A stretch of 35,653 nucleotides of DNA, from assembly GCA_031459915.1 (NCBI GenBank), contig JAVKHO010000024.1, positions 1 through 35,653 on the forward strand. The letters run 5' to 3'. A program made the position numbers and the translations under genes. Every line of letters starts with the position of its first letter. Within the stretch, counting starts at the first letter, position 1. Below the pieces are notes generated by a model that was not told the DNA's origin, searched no databases, and was given only the letters and a program-made list of their open reading frames with translations. Shown piece by piece: positions 26,469 to 35,448 of the stretch. The DNA comes from Candidatus Tepidifontimicrobium thermophilum (GTDB lineage: Bacteria; Sysuimicrobiota; Sysuimicrobiia; Sysuimicrobiales; Sysuimicrobiaceae).

Positions 26469-27802
26469 CAACCGTGGGGTTCGACCCCCGCGGGGGCTTC
26501 TCCTCCGGCGGCCCGGCGCTGGACCTCCCGTGCGGCCAGCGCCAGGGCCTGCTGGCGGGTCTTGACCTGGCCCTCCAGCTGGGCGTTGTACACCGCGTCC
26601 AGGATGTCCCGGAAGACCGGGCCGGGGCGGAGTCCGAGGGCGATCAGGTCGTGGCCAGTCACCAGCCTCGCAGGCCGGAGCGGCTCGCTGGCCCGCTCCC
26701 GCAGCCAGGCCTGGATCCACTCGTACACGGTGAGGTCCCCGTGGGAGGCGACCGAGTCCGCCCGCAGCAGCTCCACCAGCTCCGGGAACTCACTTGAGCC
26801 GGCCAGGCGGCGGCGTTTGGCCTCCCGCATCTGGGGGAAGTCCTTGACCCTCATGTGGCCGCGCACCAGTGCAGTGACCCGCTCCACCTGCTCGTTGCTC
26901 GCCCGGAGCCTCCGCATCACCTGGTCCGCGACCTGCGCGCCCACCTCGTCGTGCCGGGGGAACCGGATCCGCTCCCGGACCTCGTAGGTGAGCGGCTTGC
27001 CCACGTCGTGCAGAAGCGCGCCCCACGCCAGCGTCACCGTGGGGTCGCGTAGTGCTTCCAGCACGCGCACCGTGTGCTCGAACACGTCCCCTTCCGGGTG
27101 GTACTCTTCGGGTTGGGGGACCCCGCGCATAGCCGCCACTTCCGGCAGCAGCTCCCGGAGCAGGCCTGATTCCTCCAGCAGGCGCAGGCCGGCTCCCCGG
27201 CCGGGAGATACAAGCAGCCGGCTGAGCTCCTCGTACACCCGCTCCGCGCTCACGGACCGGATCAGCGGCGCCTGCTCACGGATGGCCTCCAGGGTGTCCG
27301 GGTGGATCCGGAAGGCCAGCTCCGCACTGAGCCGGACCGCCCGCAGCATCCGGAGCCGGTCTTCCTCGAAACGCTGTCGGGGGTCTCCGATGGCGCGGAC
27401 GGTACCGGCGCGCAGATCCTCCAACCCGCCCACGTAGTCCAGCACCTCGCCGGTCTCGGGGTCCATCAGCAGGCCGTTGATCGTGAAGTCCCTTCTCAGG
27501 ACGTCCGACCGGGCGTCAGAAAACCGCACCGACGAGGGCCGGCGGCCGTCCTCGTATGGACCCTCGGTGCGGAAGGTGGCCACCTCCACGGCCACGTCCC
27601 CCTCGGGGCCGGGGACGAGGACACGGACGACTCCGAAGGCGGCTCCTACCGCTACCGTGCGGGGGAAAAGGGCCTGGACCTGGTCGGGAGTCGCGGAGGT
27701 GGCGACGTCGTAGTCCTTGGGAGCCCGGCCGAGCAACACGTCGCGCACGCAGCCGCCAGCCAGGTAGGCCTCGAAGCCGGCCTGCCGGAGCCGGACCGTC
27801 AC
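26468..27802 (-). CDS. cca: Class II tRNA nucleotidyltransferase (CCA-adding enzyme) with HD domain
   Basis: GGCVRD, DYDVAT, RRDFTIN, EDRLRMLR, YHPEGDV, LLHDVGK. The true start may lie upstream (see findings). Confidence 0.9.
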   Translation of the reverse strand: MTVRLRQAGFEAYLAGGCVRDVLLGRAPKDYDVATSATPDQVQALFPRTVAVGAAFGVVRVLVPGPEGDVAVEVATFRTEGPYEDGRRPSSVRFSDARSDVLRRDFTINGLLMDPETGEVLDYVGGLEDLRAGTVRAIGDPRQRFEEDRLRMLRAVRLSAELAFRIHPDTLEAIREQAPLIRSVSAERVYEELSRLLVSPGRGAGLRLLEESGLLRELLPEVAAMRGVPQPEEYHPEGDVFEHTVRVLEALRDPTVTLAWGALLHDVGKPLTYEVRERIRFPRHDEVGAQVADQVMRRLRASNEQVERVTALVRGHMRVKDFPQMREAKRRRLAGSSEFPELVELLRADSVASHGDLTVYEWIQAWLRERASEPLRPARLVTGHDLIALGLRPGPVFRDILDAVYNAQLEGQVKTRQQALALAAREVQRRAAGGEAPAGVEPHG

Positions 27803-27858
27803 CTGGCGTGCGGCCTGCGCGGGTGCGTCGTCCGGTAGCCGCAGGGCACGCTCAGGAC

Positions 27859-28236
27859 TCAGCTTTCCCCCAGCTCCTCCAGGCGTCCGAGGAGCTCTTC
27901 GCGCTTTTCCTGAGCGGCCTCCGCTCCCCTTTGGTAGGCATGCCGGACCCGCTCGATGCCCTCCTGCAGCACTTCGCGGCCCTTGTGGGCCAGCTCGGAG
28001 GCAGCTTCCTTGGCCTTCTCCGCGGCATCGGCCGCGGTCTCCCGCACCCGCTCCGTGGCCTCGTGGGCGCGCTCCCGCACCCGCTCGCCCACCTCGGAAG
28101 CCTTCTTGCGGACCAGCTCTCGGGTCTCCCGGCCGGGCCTGGGCGCAAACAGCACCCCCAGCCCGATCCCGACGCCGATGCCCACCAGGGTGCCTACCAC
28201 GAGCCCCGTCAGCAACTCCGTGCGCTCGTCACTCAT
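27859..28236 (-). CDS. YtxH domain-containing protein
   Basis: N-terminal Gly-rich hydrophobic helix, LFAPRPGRETR motif, charged helical tail; AAGGAGG RBS and ATG at 28236. Confidence 0.88.
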   Translation of the reverse strand: MSDERTELLTGLVVGTLVGIGVGIGLGVLFAPRPGRETRELVRKKASEVGERVRERAHEATERVRETAADAAEKAKEAASELAHKGREVLQEGIERVRHAYQRGAEAAQEKREELLGRLEELGES

Positions 28237-28276
28237 CGCCCTCGCCTCCTTTCTACGATCCCTCAAAAAGGGCAGC

Positions 28277-29383
28277 TCACACCGCCGCCGGCTCTGTCAG
28301 ACGAGGGGCTGCGACGGTGACCACCTCCGCCACCGTCCCGCCGCCCAGTACCTCGTCTCCTCGGTAGAAGCAGGCCACCTGTCCCCGACTGGGCGCCCAC
28401 TGGGGCCGGTCGAACCGCACGCGGACGGACTGCTCCACCTCCAGCCACGCGGGCACGAGCTGTCCTGTGTGCCGGATCCTGACCTCCGCCCGTACCCGCG
28501 CCTGTGCGGGAGGCTCCACGGTCCACGTGACGTCTTCCACCAGCAGCTCGGCGGCCTGCACGTCCTCCTCTGTCCCCACGAACACCGCGTTGCGCTCGGG
28601 GTCCAGAGCCACCACGTACAGAGGGCGCCCCGCGGCCACCCCCAGCCCGCGGCGCTGTCCGACGGTGTAGCGGGCGAGCCCCGCGTGCGTGCCCAGCCGC
28701 CGGCCCTGCAGGTCGTAGATGGGGCCGGGCCGGAGGGCGTCCGGGGCGTACCTGGCCACCACCTCCGTGTAGTGCCCCCTGGGCACGAAGCAGATCTCCT
28801 GGCTTTCGGGCTTGTCCGCCACGGGCAGCCGCAGCTGCCGCGCGAGAGCCCGCACCCGCTCCTTGGTGAGCTCCCCGAGCGGAAACAGCACGTGCGGCAG
28901 CTCCCGCTGCGTGAGGCCGTACAGGACGTAGGACTGGTCCTTACGGGGGTCTGCGCCGCGCAGCAGCCGCACGACCTGGCCGTCCCGCCGGGTCCGGGCG
29001 TAGTGGCCGGTCGCCAGGAAATCCATCCCGAGGCTGCGGGCCCGGTCCAGGAGCAGGGAGAACTTGACGAAGCGGTTGCAAGCCACGCAGGGGTTGGGCG
29101 TGCGCCCCCGCGCGTACTCCCGTGCGAAGGGCCGGACCACCGCCTCTTCGAAGGCCTCCCGGAAGTTCAACACGTAGTGGCGGATGCCCAGGACCTGCGC
29201 CACGGCCCGGGCGTCCTCCACGGCCCCCACCCCGCAGCACGCACGGGGGTTTCCGTCCTCCGGGAGCCACGCGGGCCACAGGTTCAAGGTAAAGCCCACC
29301 ACCTCGTGGCCCGCCTGGACCAGGAGGGCTGCAGCCACCGAGCTGTCCACGCCGCCGCTCATGGCGACGGCCACACGCGCCAT
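28277..29383 (-). CDS. mnmA: tRNA 2-thiouridine(34) synthase
   Basis: AMSGGVDSS, GRTPNPCVACN, ATGHYA, KDQSY, ESQEICF, YTVGQRRGLG; ATG at 29383 with GGAGGTG RBS. Confidence 0.97.
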   Translation of the reverse strand: MARVAVAMSGGVDSSVAAALLVQAGHEVVGFTLNLWPAWLPEDGNPRACCGVGAVEDARAVAQVLGIRHYVLNFREAFEEAVVRPFAREYARGRTPNPCVACNRFVKFSLLLDRARSLGMDFLATGHYARTRRDGQVVRLLRGADPRKDQSYVLYGLTQRELPHVLFPLGELTKERVRALARQLRLPVADKPESQEICFVPRGHYTEVVARYAPDALRPGPIYDLQGRRLGTHAGLARYTVGQRRGLGVAAGRPLYVVALDPERNAVFVGTEEDVQAAELLVEDVTWTVEPPAQARVRAEVRIRHTGQLVPAWLEVEQSVRVRFDRPQWAPSRGQVACFYRGDEVLGGGTVAEVVTVAAPRLTEPAAV

Positions 29384-29401
29384 CCCGTCACCTCCGTCCC
29401 C

Positions 29402-29410
29402 ATCATAACA
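29402..29410 (-). promoter_or_regulatory. Possible extended -10 promoter for mnmA
   Basis: TG-T-TATGAT just upstream of the mnmA RBS; no good -35. Confidence 0.4.
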
Positions 29411-29420
29411 GCCACCGCGG

Positions 29421-31241
29421 CTACAGGCAGTCGCCCAGCAGCAGCGCGGCGGCCGCCGCGCCCGGCCACGCAAACCACGCTCGCGTGTGGGGCCAGCCCG
29501 TCTGCGGGTCGTACGACTCGCACAGCAACCCGTCGTCGAAAGCCACCTCCCGAAGCCGGCGCCACGCGCGCCGCACCAGTGAGCCGTCCCGCGTGGCGAC
29601 CCCCACCACCCACGCCTGGAGGTCCCCCAGGGTCCACGGGCCGCGCGCGTGCACGGACCCCAGCCCGCCGTAACGGCCCGGGAAGAAGCCAGGGTTGTCC
29701 GGACTCCACGCGAACCGCAGGGTCCTCCGCCAGGCAGGATCGTCTGTGGCGCAGAACCCCCAGTGCGGCGCGCACGCCAGCGGAAGGTCGTTCGCGTCGT
29801 GGTAGGAAAGGTAGCCGGTGCTGTCGGTGGCGTACGCGAAAGTCCCCTCAGGTGTGGAGAACATGCGGTAGACCGCCTGCCGGATTTTGGCCGCCTCTTG
29901 TTCCCACGGGCCCTCGGGATCCACCCGCGCCAGCACCCGCAGGGCTCGCCACGCGAGCACGTGGGAGGAAAAGTGGTAAGGGAGCGAGAGGGGGTCGTCC
30001 GCGGGCGTTTCTGAAGTGGGCCACAGCCCGTTCGGGTGCCGCGCGGCCAGCAGCCGACCTGCCACCTCGAGGACGTCACCGCCGTACTCCGACCAGGCTC
30101 CCGGAAGGTTCCAGTCCGTGGCCGCACGGACCACTTCCAGTACCGGGTACCACTGCTGGTCCAGCTGGAACGCGGGGTCCTTGACCTCTCCGTGCGTCAG
30201 GTAGCTCCTCCCCCACCACCCGGAGGTCCGGCGGGCCACGCGGAACAGCCACCGCAGGTGGCCCTCCAGCGCGGCGCGTGCCCGCTCGGCCAGGGGTCCG
30301 CCCAGCCGTCCGGCAGCCCCTAGCAGGCACGCCATGTAGTACGCGTCCCGATTCCACGAAAGCGGCAGGAGCACCGGGTCCGTCACCAGGCACGTGGCGT
30401 CTCCGACCTGCACCGCACAGGTGTCCAGTACGAACAACAGTTGGCGGCGCACGAATCCTCTCAGGCGAGGGTTGCGGGGTACGGCGGCCTCCCACCGGCG
30501 CTGGCACAGCGCTCGTTCCAACGCCGCCTGAGCCTCGCGCGCCGTGGGCACGGGACGCCTGAGGTCCGGCGGCCGGTCCCGGAGCTCTACGACCAGCACA
30601 CGGTCCGCGCGACCTCCCGCTAAGGACAACTCCTCGTCCCAGCTCACGTGCAGGGGCGGCGGGCCCTCCCGAGCTCCTGTCCGTGGGACGGGGCGGAGTG
30701 CTGCCCACGCGGGCAGCCCGGGCGCCTCCCACACGAGGGCGCCGTCTTCCCACCGGAGGCGGTTTGTCGGATCGGGTACCGGCAAGGGGCCGCCCTCCGT
30801 CACCTGGGCGTAGGCAGCGCGCGCCAGACCCCAGGACACCGCGACCCGGACGCGCGCAGGCGGCCCGGTCCCGTAGACCGAAAGCCAGAGGAAAAGTTGG
30901 CCCTCGGCGGGGAAGACCACCCAGCGGGCTTCCAGGTCCCGCCCCTGATACACGAACTCGGGCACCGCACCCTCCAAGAGCCGCCGGCCCACGAACGCCA
31001 GCCCCTCTATCTCGAGTTGCAGGCCCGGGCCCTCGGGATCCTCCAGGGTTCTTCGGTACGCCCGCACCGCGTCGGGGTCGTACCGGCGGCCCTCGTCGAA
31101 CAGGGGGAAACCGCTGAGGTGCGCCCAGCCCCACCGCGGGTGCGGCCCGTGCACAGACACCACCTGGCCCCGGGAGCCCACCGCCGCGGCTAGGTGGCCG
31201 TCGCCCACGTCCCAAGGCTTCCGCGGCACGGGGTGCCCCAC
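29421..31241 (-). CDS. Glycoside hydrolase family 125-like protein (putative alpha-mannosidase) with an N-terminal extension
   Basis: WNRD, TPADDP, HDANDLPL, GSVH...W, LCESYD, TRAWFAW match GH125-type C-terminal motifs; GTG at 31241 after AGGAG. Confidence 0.75.
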   Translation of the reverse strand: MGHPVPRKPWDVGDGHLAAAVGSRGQVVSVHGPHPRWGWAHLSGFPLFDEGRRYDPDAVRAYRRTLEDPEGPGLQLEIEGLAFVGRRLLEGAVPEFVYQGRDLEARWVVFPAEGQLFLWLSVYGTGPPARVRVAVSWGLARAAYAQVTEGGPLPVPDPTNRLRWEDGALVWEAPGLPAWAALRPVPRTGAREGPPPLHVSWDEELSLAGGRADRVLVVELRDRPPDLRRPVPTAREAQAALERALCQRRWEAAVPRNPRLRGFVRRQLLFVLDTCAVQVGDATCLVTDPVLLPLSWNRDAYYMACLLGAAGRLGGPLAERARAALEGHLRWLFRVARRTSGWWGRSYLTHGEVKDPAFQLDQQWYPVLEVVRAATDWNLPGAWSEYGGDVLEVAGRLLAARHPNGLWPTSETPADDPLSLPYHFSSHVLAWRALRVLARVDPEGPWEQEAAKIRQAVYRMFSTPEGTFAYATDSTGYLSYHDANDLPLACAPHWGFCATDDPAWRRTLRFAWSPDNPGFFPGRYGGLGSVHARGPWTLGDLQAWVVGVATRDGSLVRRAWRRLREVAFDDGLLCESYDPQTGWPHTRAWFAWPGAAAAALLLGDCL

Positions 31242-31251
31242 GGCACCGCTC

Positions 31252-32328
31252 CTAGCGCCGCGGCAGGGCGCGCTCCGTGTGGGCGTCCATGAGGCGCAGG
31301 TGCGCTTCGGGCAGGCCCAGGGCCACGGGGTCGCCCCCGCGCAGGGCACGGTCAGGGCCCACGGCCACCTTGACCACGTGGTGGGCAGTCCGCACGGTCA
31401 ACAGCTTCTGCGCCCCGAGAGGCTCCACCACCAGGACTTCCCCCCTGAGAGGCCCCGCGCCCACCGACACGTGCTCGGGCCGGATCCCCACCAGCACCGA
31501 TCCACCCCTGCGCTCCGCCAGCGCCTCCGCGTACGCCGCGGGCGCGGGGAACTTCACCCCTTCCACCCGAAGGCTCCCGTCCTCGGGGTCCACGGTGGCC
31601 TGGAAGAAGTTCATGGGCGGGTTGCCGAGGAACGACCCCACGAAGCGGTCCGCGGGGTGGTCGTAGATCTGCGTGGGGGTGTCGAACTGCACCACCTGCC
31701 CCTCGCGGAGCACCGCCACCCGGTCTCCCAGGCTCATGGCCTCCACCTGGTCGTGGGTCACGTACACGGTGGTGGAGCCCACCTCCCGGTGCAGCCGCTT
31801 TAGCTCCGCGCGCATGTGCAGCCGCAGGAGCGCGTCCAGGTTGCTGAGGGGCTCGTCCATGAGTAGGACCTGGGGTCGGACCACGAGGGCGCGCGCCACC
31901 GCTACCCGCTGCCGCTGTCCCCCGCTGAGCTGCGCGGGATAGCGATCCAGGAGGTCCGCGATCTGCAGGAGCTCGGCCACCTCCTGTACCCGCCGGCGCT
32001 GCTCGGCCGCCCCGAGCCCCCGCATGCGCAGCCCGAAGGCCACGTTGTCGAAAACCCGCATGTGGGGGAACAGGGCGTAGCTCTGGAACACCATCCCCAG
32101 GTCCCGCCGCCCCGGCGGCAGACGCGTCACGTCACGGCCGCCGATCCACACCCGCCCGCGGTCCGGCGTCTCCAGCCCTGCAATCAACCGCAACACCGTG
32201 GTCTTGCCACATCCCGACGGGCCCAGCAGGACCACGAACTCTCCCTCCCGGATCTCCAGGGACACGTCCCGGACCGCCACCACGCGGCCGAACCGCTTGT
32301 GCAGGCTCTCCAGGCGGATCTCCGCCAC
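31252..32328 (-). CDS. Sugar ABC transporter ATP-binding protein (MalK-like)
   Basis: GPSGCGKT, VFQSYALFPH, LSGGQRQR, MDEPLSNLD, YVTHDQ, C-terminal TOBE region. Confidence 0.96.
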   Translation of the reverse strand: MAEIRLESLHKRFGRVVAVRDVSLEIREGEFVVLLGPSGCGKTTVLRLIAGLETPDRGRVWIGGRDVTRLPPGRRDLGMVFQSYALFPHMRVFDNVAFGLRMRGLGAAEQRRRVQEVAELLQIADLLDRYPAQLSGGQRQRVAVARALVVRPQVLLMDEPLSNLDALLRLHMRAELKRLHREVGSTTVYVTHDQVEAMSLGDRVAVLREGQVVQFDTPTQIYDHPADRFVGSFLGNPPMNFFQATVDPEDGSLRVEGVKFPAPAAYAEALAERRGGSVLVGIRPEHVSVGAGPLRGEVLVVEPLGAQKLLTVRTAHHVVKVAVGPDRALRGGDPVALGLPEAHLRLMDAHTERALPRR

Positions 32329-32331
32329 CCG

Positions 32332-33141
32332 TCACCTCACCGTCACGCCCCACAGGGTCAGAAGGTAGCGCCGGATGACGAAGATGATGACCAACGCAGG
32401 GAGGACCAGAAAGAGCCCTCCCGCGTAGCGGTAGTGGAGGGGAGCGCCCTCCGCCACCACGGAGTGCACCAGGAGAGCCGGCAGGGTCCGGTGGTTGACC
32501 GTCAGCAGGGTGGCCGCGAACACCTCGTTCCACGACAGGATGAAGGTGAAGATGGCCGCCGCCGCCAGCCCGGGCAACGCCATGGGGAGGGTCACCCGAA
32601 GGAAGGCCCCCACGCGGCTGGCCCCCAGGCTCATGGCGGCCTCCTCCAGCTCCGCGGGGACCCCGCGGAACACGCTGGCCACGATGAGGATGACGAATGG
32701 CAGGCTGAGCGCGGTGTGCACCAGCGCCACCCCGAAGAGGGTGTCGTACAGGCCCCAGCGGATGAACGCTACCGCCAGGGGCACCGCCAGGGCCGTAGCG
32801 GGGAACATCTTCGTGGCCAGGATCCCCAGCTGCACGGCCTCCCGGCCCCGGAAACGGTAGCGGCTCAAGGCGTAGCCCGCGGGCGCGCTCACCAGCGTGG
32901 CGAGGACGATGGTGAGCCCCGCCACCGCCAGGCTGTTGCCGAGCGCCCTCAGCACCGCCTCCTGCCGGGCGAAAGAGGACAGAACCTCCAAGGACAGCCG
33001 TTCCGGCCACAGGGGCCGGGGCCACCGGTACAGGTCCTCCCGCGGGGTCGTGGCGGCCAAGGCGATGAGGAGGATGGGCACGAGGACCCAGGCACTCAGG
33101 AGCAGGGCGGCGGCGTACAGCCCGAGCTTCCGAAGGGTCAC
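32332..33141 (-). CDS. Carbohydrate ABC transporter permease (MalG-like)
   Basis: AGYALSRY, ELEEAAMSLGA, SWNE; GTG at 33141 overlaps the upstream stop. Confidence 0.92.
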   Translation of the reverse strand: MTLRKLGLYAAALLLSAWVLVPILLIALAATTPREDLYRWPRPLWPERLSLEVLSSFARQEAVLRALGNSLAVAGLTIVLATLVSAPAGYALSRYRFRGREAVQLGILATKMFPATALAVPLAVAFIRWGLYDTLFGVALVHTALSLPFVILIVASVFRGVPAELEEAAMSLGASRVGAFLRVTLPMALPGLAAAAIFTFILSWNEVFAATLLTVNHRTLPALLVHSVVAEGAPLHYRYAGGLFLVLPALVIIFVIRRYLLTLWGVTVR

Positions 33142-34007
33142 GTTCCCTCTCCCTCCGGTCGCAGGGTCCGCAGGTACCCCCACACGAACAGGGCAGAGAG
33201 CAGCAACACCAGGGTGGCGTACGCGCTCGCCACGTGGGGGTTGCGGTACAGGGTGTACCAGAAGTAGGTCTCCCCCGCCAGCACCGGGACCAGCCGGCCG
33301 CTCAGGGTGACCACGGTGGCGAACAGCTGGAAGGCCAGCACGGTGCGGATGATCAAGGCGGTCTGCAGGCTGGGGCGCAGGAGCGGCAGCAGGACGTGCC
33401 GCAAAGTCTGCCACCAGCTGGCCCCGAACACCGCGGCCGTCTCCGCGTAGTCCCGGGGGAGCAGCTGCAGGCCTGCCACCAGCACCACCATGACAATGGC
33501 GGTGGCGCGCCATACCTCCGTGGTGACGATCGCCCCCACGAGCCAGGCCGGGTGCTCGTGGCTGAGGAAGTTGAAGGGCGAGCGCAGCACGCCCCACTGG
33601 ACCAGTGCCGCGTTCAGGTACCCTCGCTCGGTGAACAGGGACAGCCAGATCAGCCCCGCGGCGAGGTCCGAGACGGCCAGGGGGATCGCGCACACGTACA
33701 GGAACACCGTGTGGCCCGGGAAACGGGTGTTCACGAGCAGCGCCATGGACAGAGCCAGGACCACCTGGAGGGGGACGGCCAGAGCCGTGATCCAGAGCGT
33801 GTAGCGCACCGCGGGCCAGAAGTACAGGTCCGAGGCCATGCGTCGGACGTGCTCCAGGGTCCACCCGCCCGTGTGGGGGTCCGCCGCCCCCAGCCGGATC
33901 GCCTGTGCCATGGGGTAGACGACGAACACGGCCAAGTACGCCGCCGCGGGGAGCACCAGAAGGTACGGGGTCGCCGCCGCCAGGACCCGCGGCCGGTGTT
34001 CGTCCAT
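33138..34007 (-). CDS. Carbohydrate ABC transporter permease (MalF-like)
   Basis: PYLLVLPA, several TM helices, AGLQ..P...ETAAVFGA EAA loop, LPLLRP. Confidence 0.92.
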   Translation of the reverse strand: MDEHRPRVLAAATPYLLVLPAAAYLAVFVVYPMAQAIRLGAADPHTGGWTLEHVRRMASDLYFWPAVRYTLWITALAVPLQVVLALSMALLVNTRFPGHTVFLYVCAIPLAVSDLAAGLIWLSLFTERGYLNAALVQWGVLRSPFNFLSHEHPAWLVGAIVTTEVWRATAIVMVVLVAGLQLLPRDYAETAAVFGASWWQTLRHVLLPLLRPSLQTALIIRTVLAFQLFATVVTLSGRLVPVLAGETYFWYTLYRNPHVASAYATLVLLLSALFVWGYLRTLRPEGEGT

Positions 34008-34016
34008 TCCCTGGCC

Positions 34017-35318
34017 TCAGTCGGGGCGGCAGGGCCGTTCGGCAGGGTCCGGAGGCGGGCAGGGCGCGTTCGTGGCCCGGTACAGCTCCTCCAGCCGCCG
34101 CGCCTGAGAGGCCAGCACGTCCTCGATCCGGCGTCCCTCGATGGCGATGAGCCGGAACGTGTCCACGTAGATGGGGACGAACTCGCCCGTGCGGGCCCCG
34201 AGGCCCACGGGGAGGAGAGCGGTCCGGGCGTCCGGTGCCCCCGCCTGCGCGGCCACACCGTCTGCCATCACCTTCAGACCGCCGGTGGGGACGACCCGTG
34301 CCGCCTCCGGCGAAACCGGGAAGAAGCCCACTCCCTGCAGGGTCAGCACCTGGGTGGACGGCCGGGTGAGGTACTCCACCAGCCGCACCCCCGCCTCCGC
34401 GTTCGGAGCCCACCGCGTGAGGCTCAGCCCCACCACCACGGACAGGAACGACCGGCCGCGCGGCCCTGCGGGCGAGGGCAGGACCACGAACTCCTCCGGC
34501 CTCTGCCGGAGCGCCGGGAGCAGCCGCGCGGTGTGGTCCCACGCTACCCACACCTCCCCCAGCAACAGCGGCTCGTGCATGAACTCGTAGCGGAAAGACG
34601 ACGGGTGGGTCACCCCCCACAGGCGCCGCAGGTACTGCCACATGGCCACCGCCTCAGGTGACTTGAACCTCTTCACCTGGGAGCCCGTGAAGGACGGGTA
34701 GGCGTAGCCGTGTAGGAACCGCCCGTACAGCCCCCGCGGCCCCACGGGGAAGCCCAGGCGCCGCTCGCCCGTGGCCTCCCGGATGTTCTGGCCCCACTGC
34801 AGCAGGTCGTCGTAGGTCATACGCATGGGGTCGCGGCCCTGCGGGAAGTAACGCAGGGCCTCCCGCCGGGCGGCCACGAGGTAGGTGGCCTGCATCCACG
34901 GGACGAAGGCCTGGATCCCCTCCATCCGCGCCACCGCCAGGAGGTCCCGGTAGAAGGTGCGGTCCCGCCGCCCCTCCAGCTGTCGCTGGATGTCCAGCAT
35001 GTCCCGCACCACACCCTGCGCCACCAGCACGGGGAAGATCCCGTGCAGGGTGCCCGTGACGTCGATGCTGCCCCGTCCCGCCCGTGCCTCCGCCATCAGG
35101 CGGTCCACGTAGGGACCCTCGGGCTCCGTGATGAACCGCACGGGGATGCCCGTTTCCCGGGTGAACCCTGCCAGGAGGGTGTTGCGGGCCCACTCCTGTT
35201 CTTCCACCGGCGTGAGCTGGTTGGACGTGAACACCACCTCCCCAGCCGGCCCGGGCCACGCCGGAAGCCCCAGTGCCGCCACCGCGAGGACCGCAAGGGC
35301 GACCACCGCATGCCTCAT
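34017..35318 (-). CDS. Carbohydrate ABC transporter substrate-binding protein
   Basis: Sec-type signal MRHAVVALAVLAVAALG; VPWMQATY, AWDHTARL, PAGPRGR; heads the ABC operon; ATG at 35318. Confidence 0.9.
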   Translation of the reverse strand: MRHAVVALAVLAVAALGLPAWPGPAGEVVFTSNQLTPVEEQEWARNTLLAGFTRETGIPVRFITEPEGPYVDRLMAEARAGRGSIDVTGTLHGIFPVLVAQGVVRDMLDIQRQLEGRRDRTFYRDLLAVARMEGIQAFVPWMQATYLVAARREALRYFPQGRDPMRMTYDDLLQWGQNIREATGERRLGFPVGPRGLYGRFLHGYAYPSFTGSQVKRFKSPEAVAMWQYLRRLWGVTHPSSFRYEFMHEPLLLGEVWVAWDHTARLLPALRQRPEEFVVLPSPAGPRGRSFLSVVVGLSLTRWAPNAEAGVRLVEYLTRPSTQVLTLQGVGFFPVSPEAARVVPTGGLKVMADGVAAQAGAPDARTALLPVGLGARTGEFVPIYVDTFRLIAIEGRRIEDVLASQARRLEELYRATNAPCPPPDPAERPCRPD

Positions 35319-35419
35319 GCTCTCACCCCCTTGAGAGTCAAGTTTCTTCCGGGCAGACTTAACTCCCTGCCGGTTTGGCTGACCGCATGAGTTACCGCCT
35401 GTCATGTCGGTATCCTGAC

Positions 35420-35448
35420 ACTGTGAAGATCAGCCTCTAGAGTGTCAA
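35420..35448 (-). promoter_or_regulatory. Putative promoter of the sugar ABC operon, bracketed by an inverted repeat
   Basis: TTGACA-N17-CACAGT on the minus strand; TGACACT (35416-35422) and AGTGTCA (35441-35447) form a perfect 7-bp inverted repeat. Confidence 0.45.

Noticed and set aside
28277..30127. 616-aa MnmA fusion
   Set aside because: The upstream part overlaps the GH125-like gene in another frame; mnmA starts at ATG 29383.
32332..34641. 769-aa permease fusion
   Set aside because: The upstream 500 codons are an alternative frame of the neighbouring permease and binding-protein genes.
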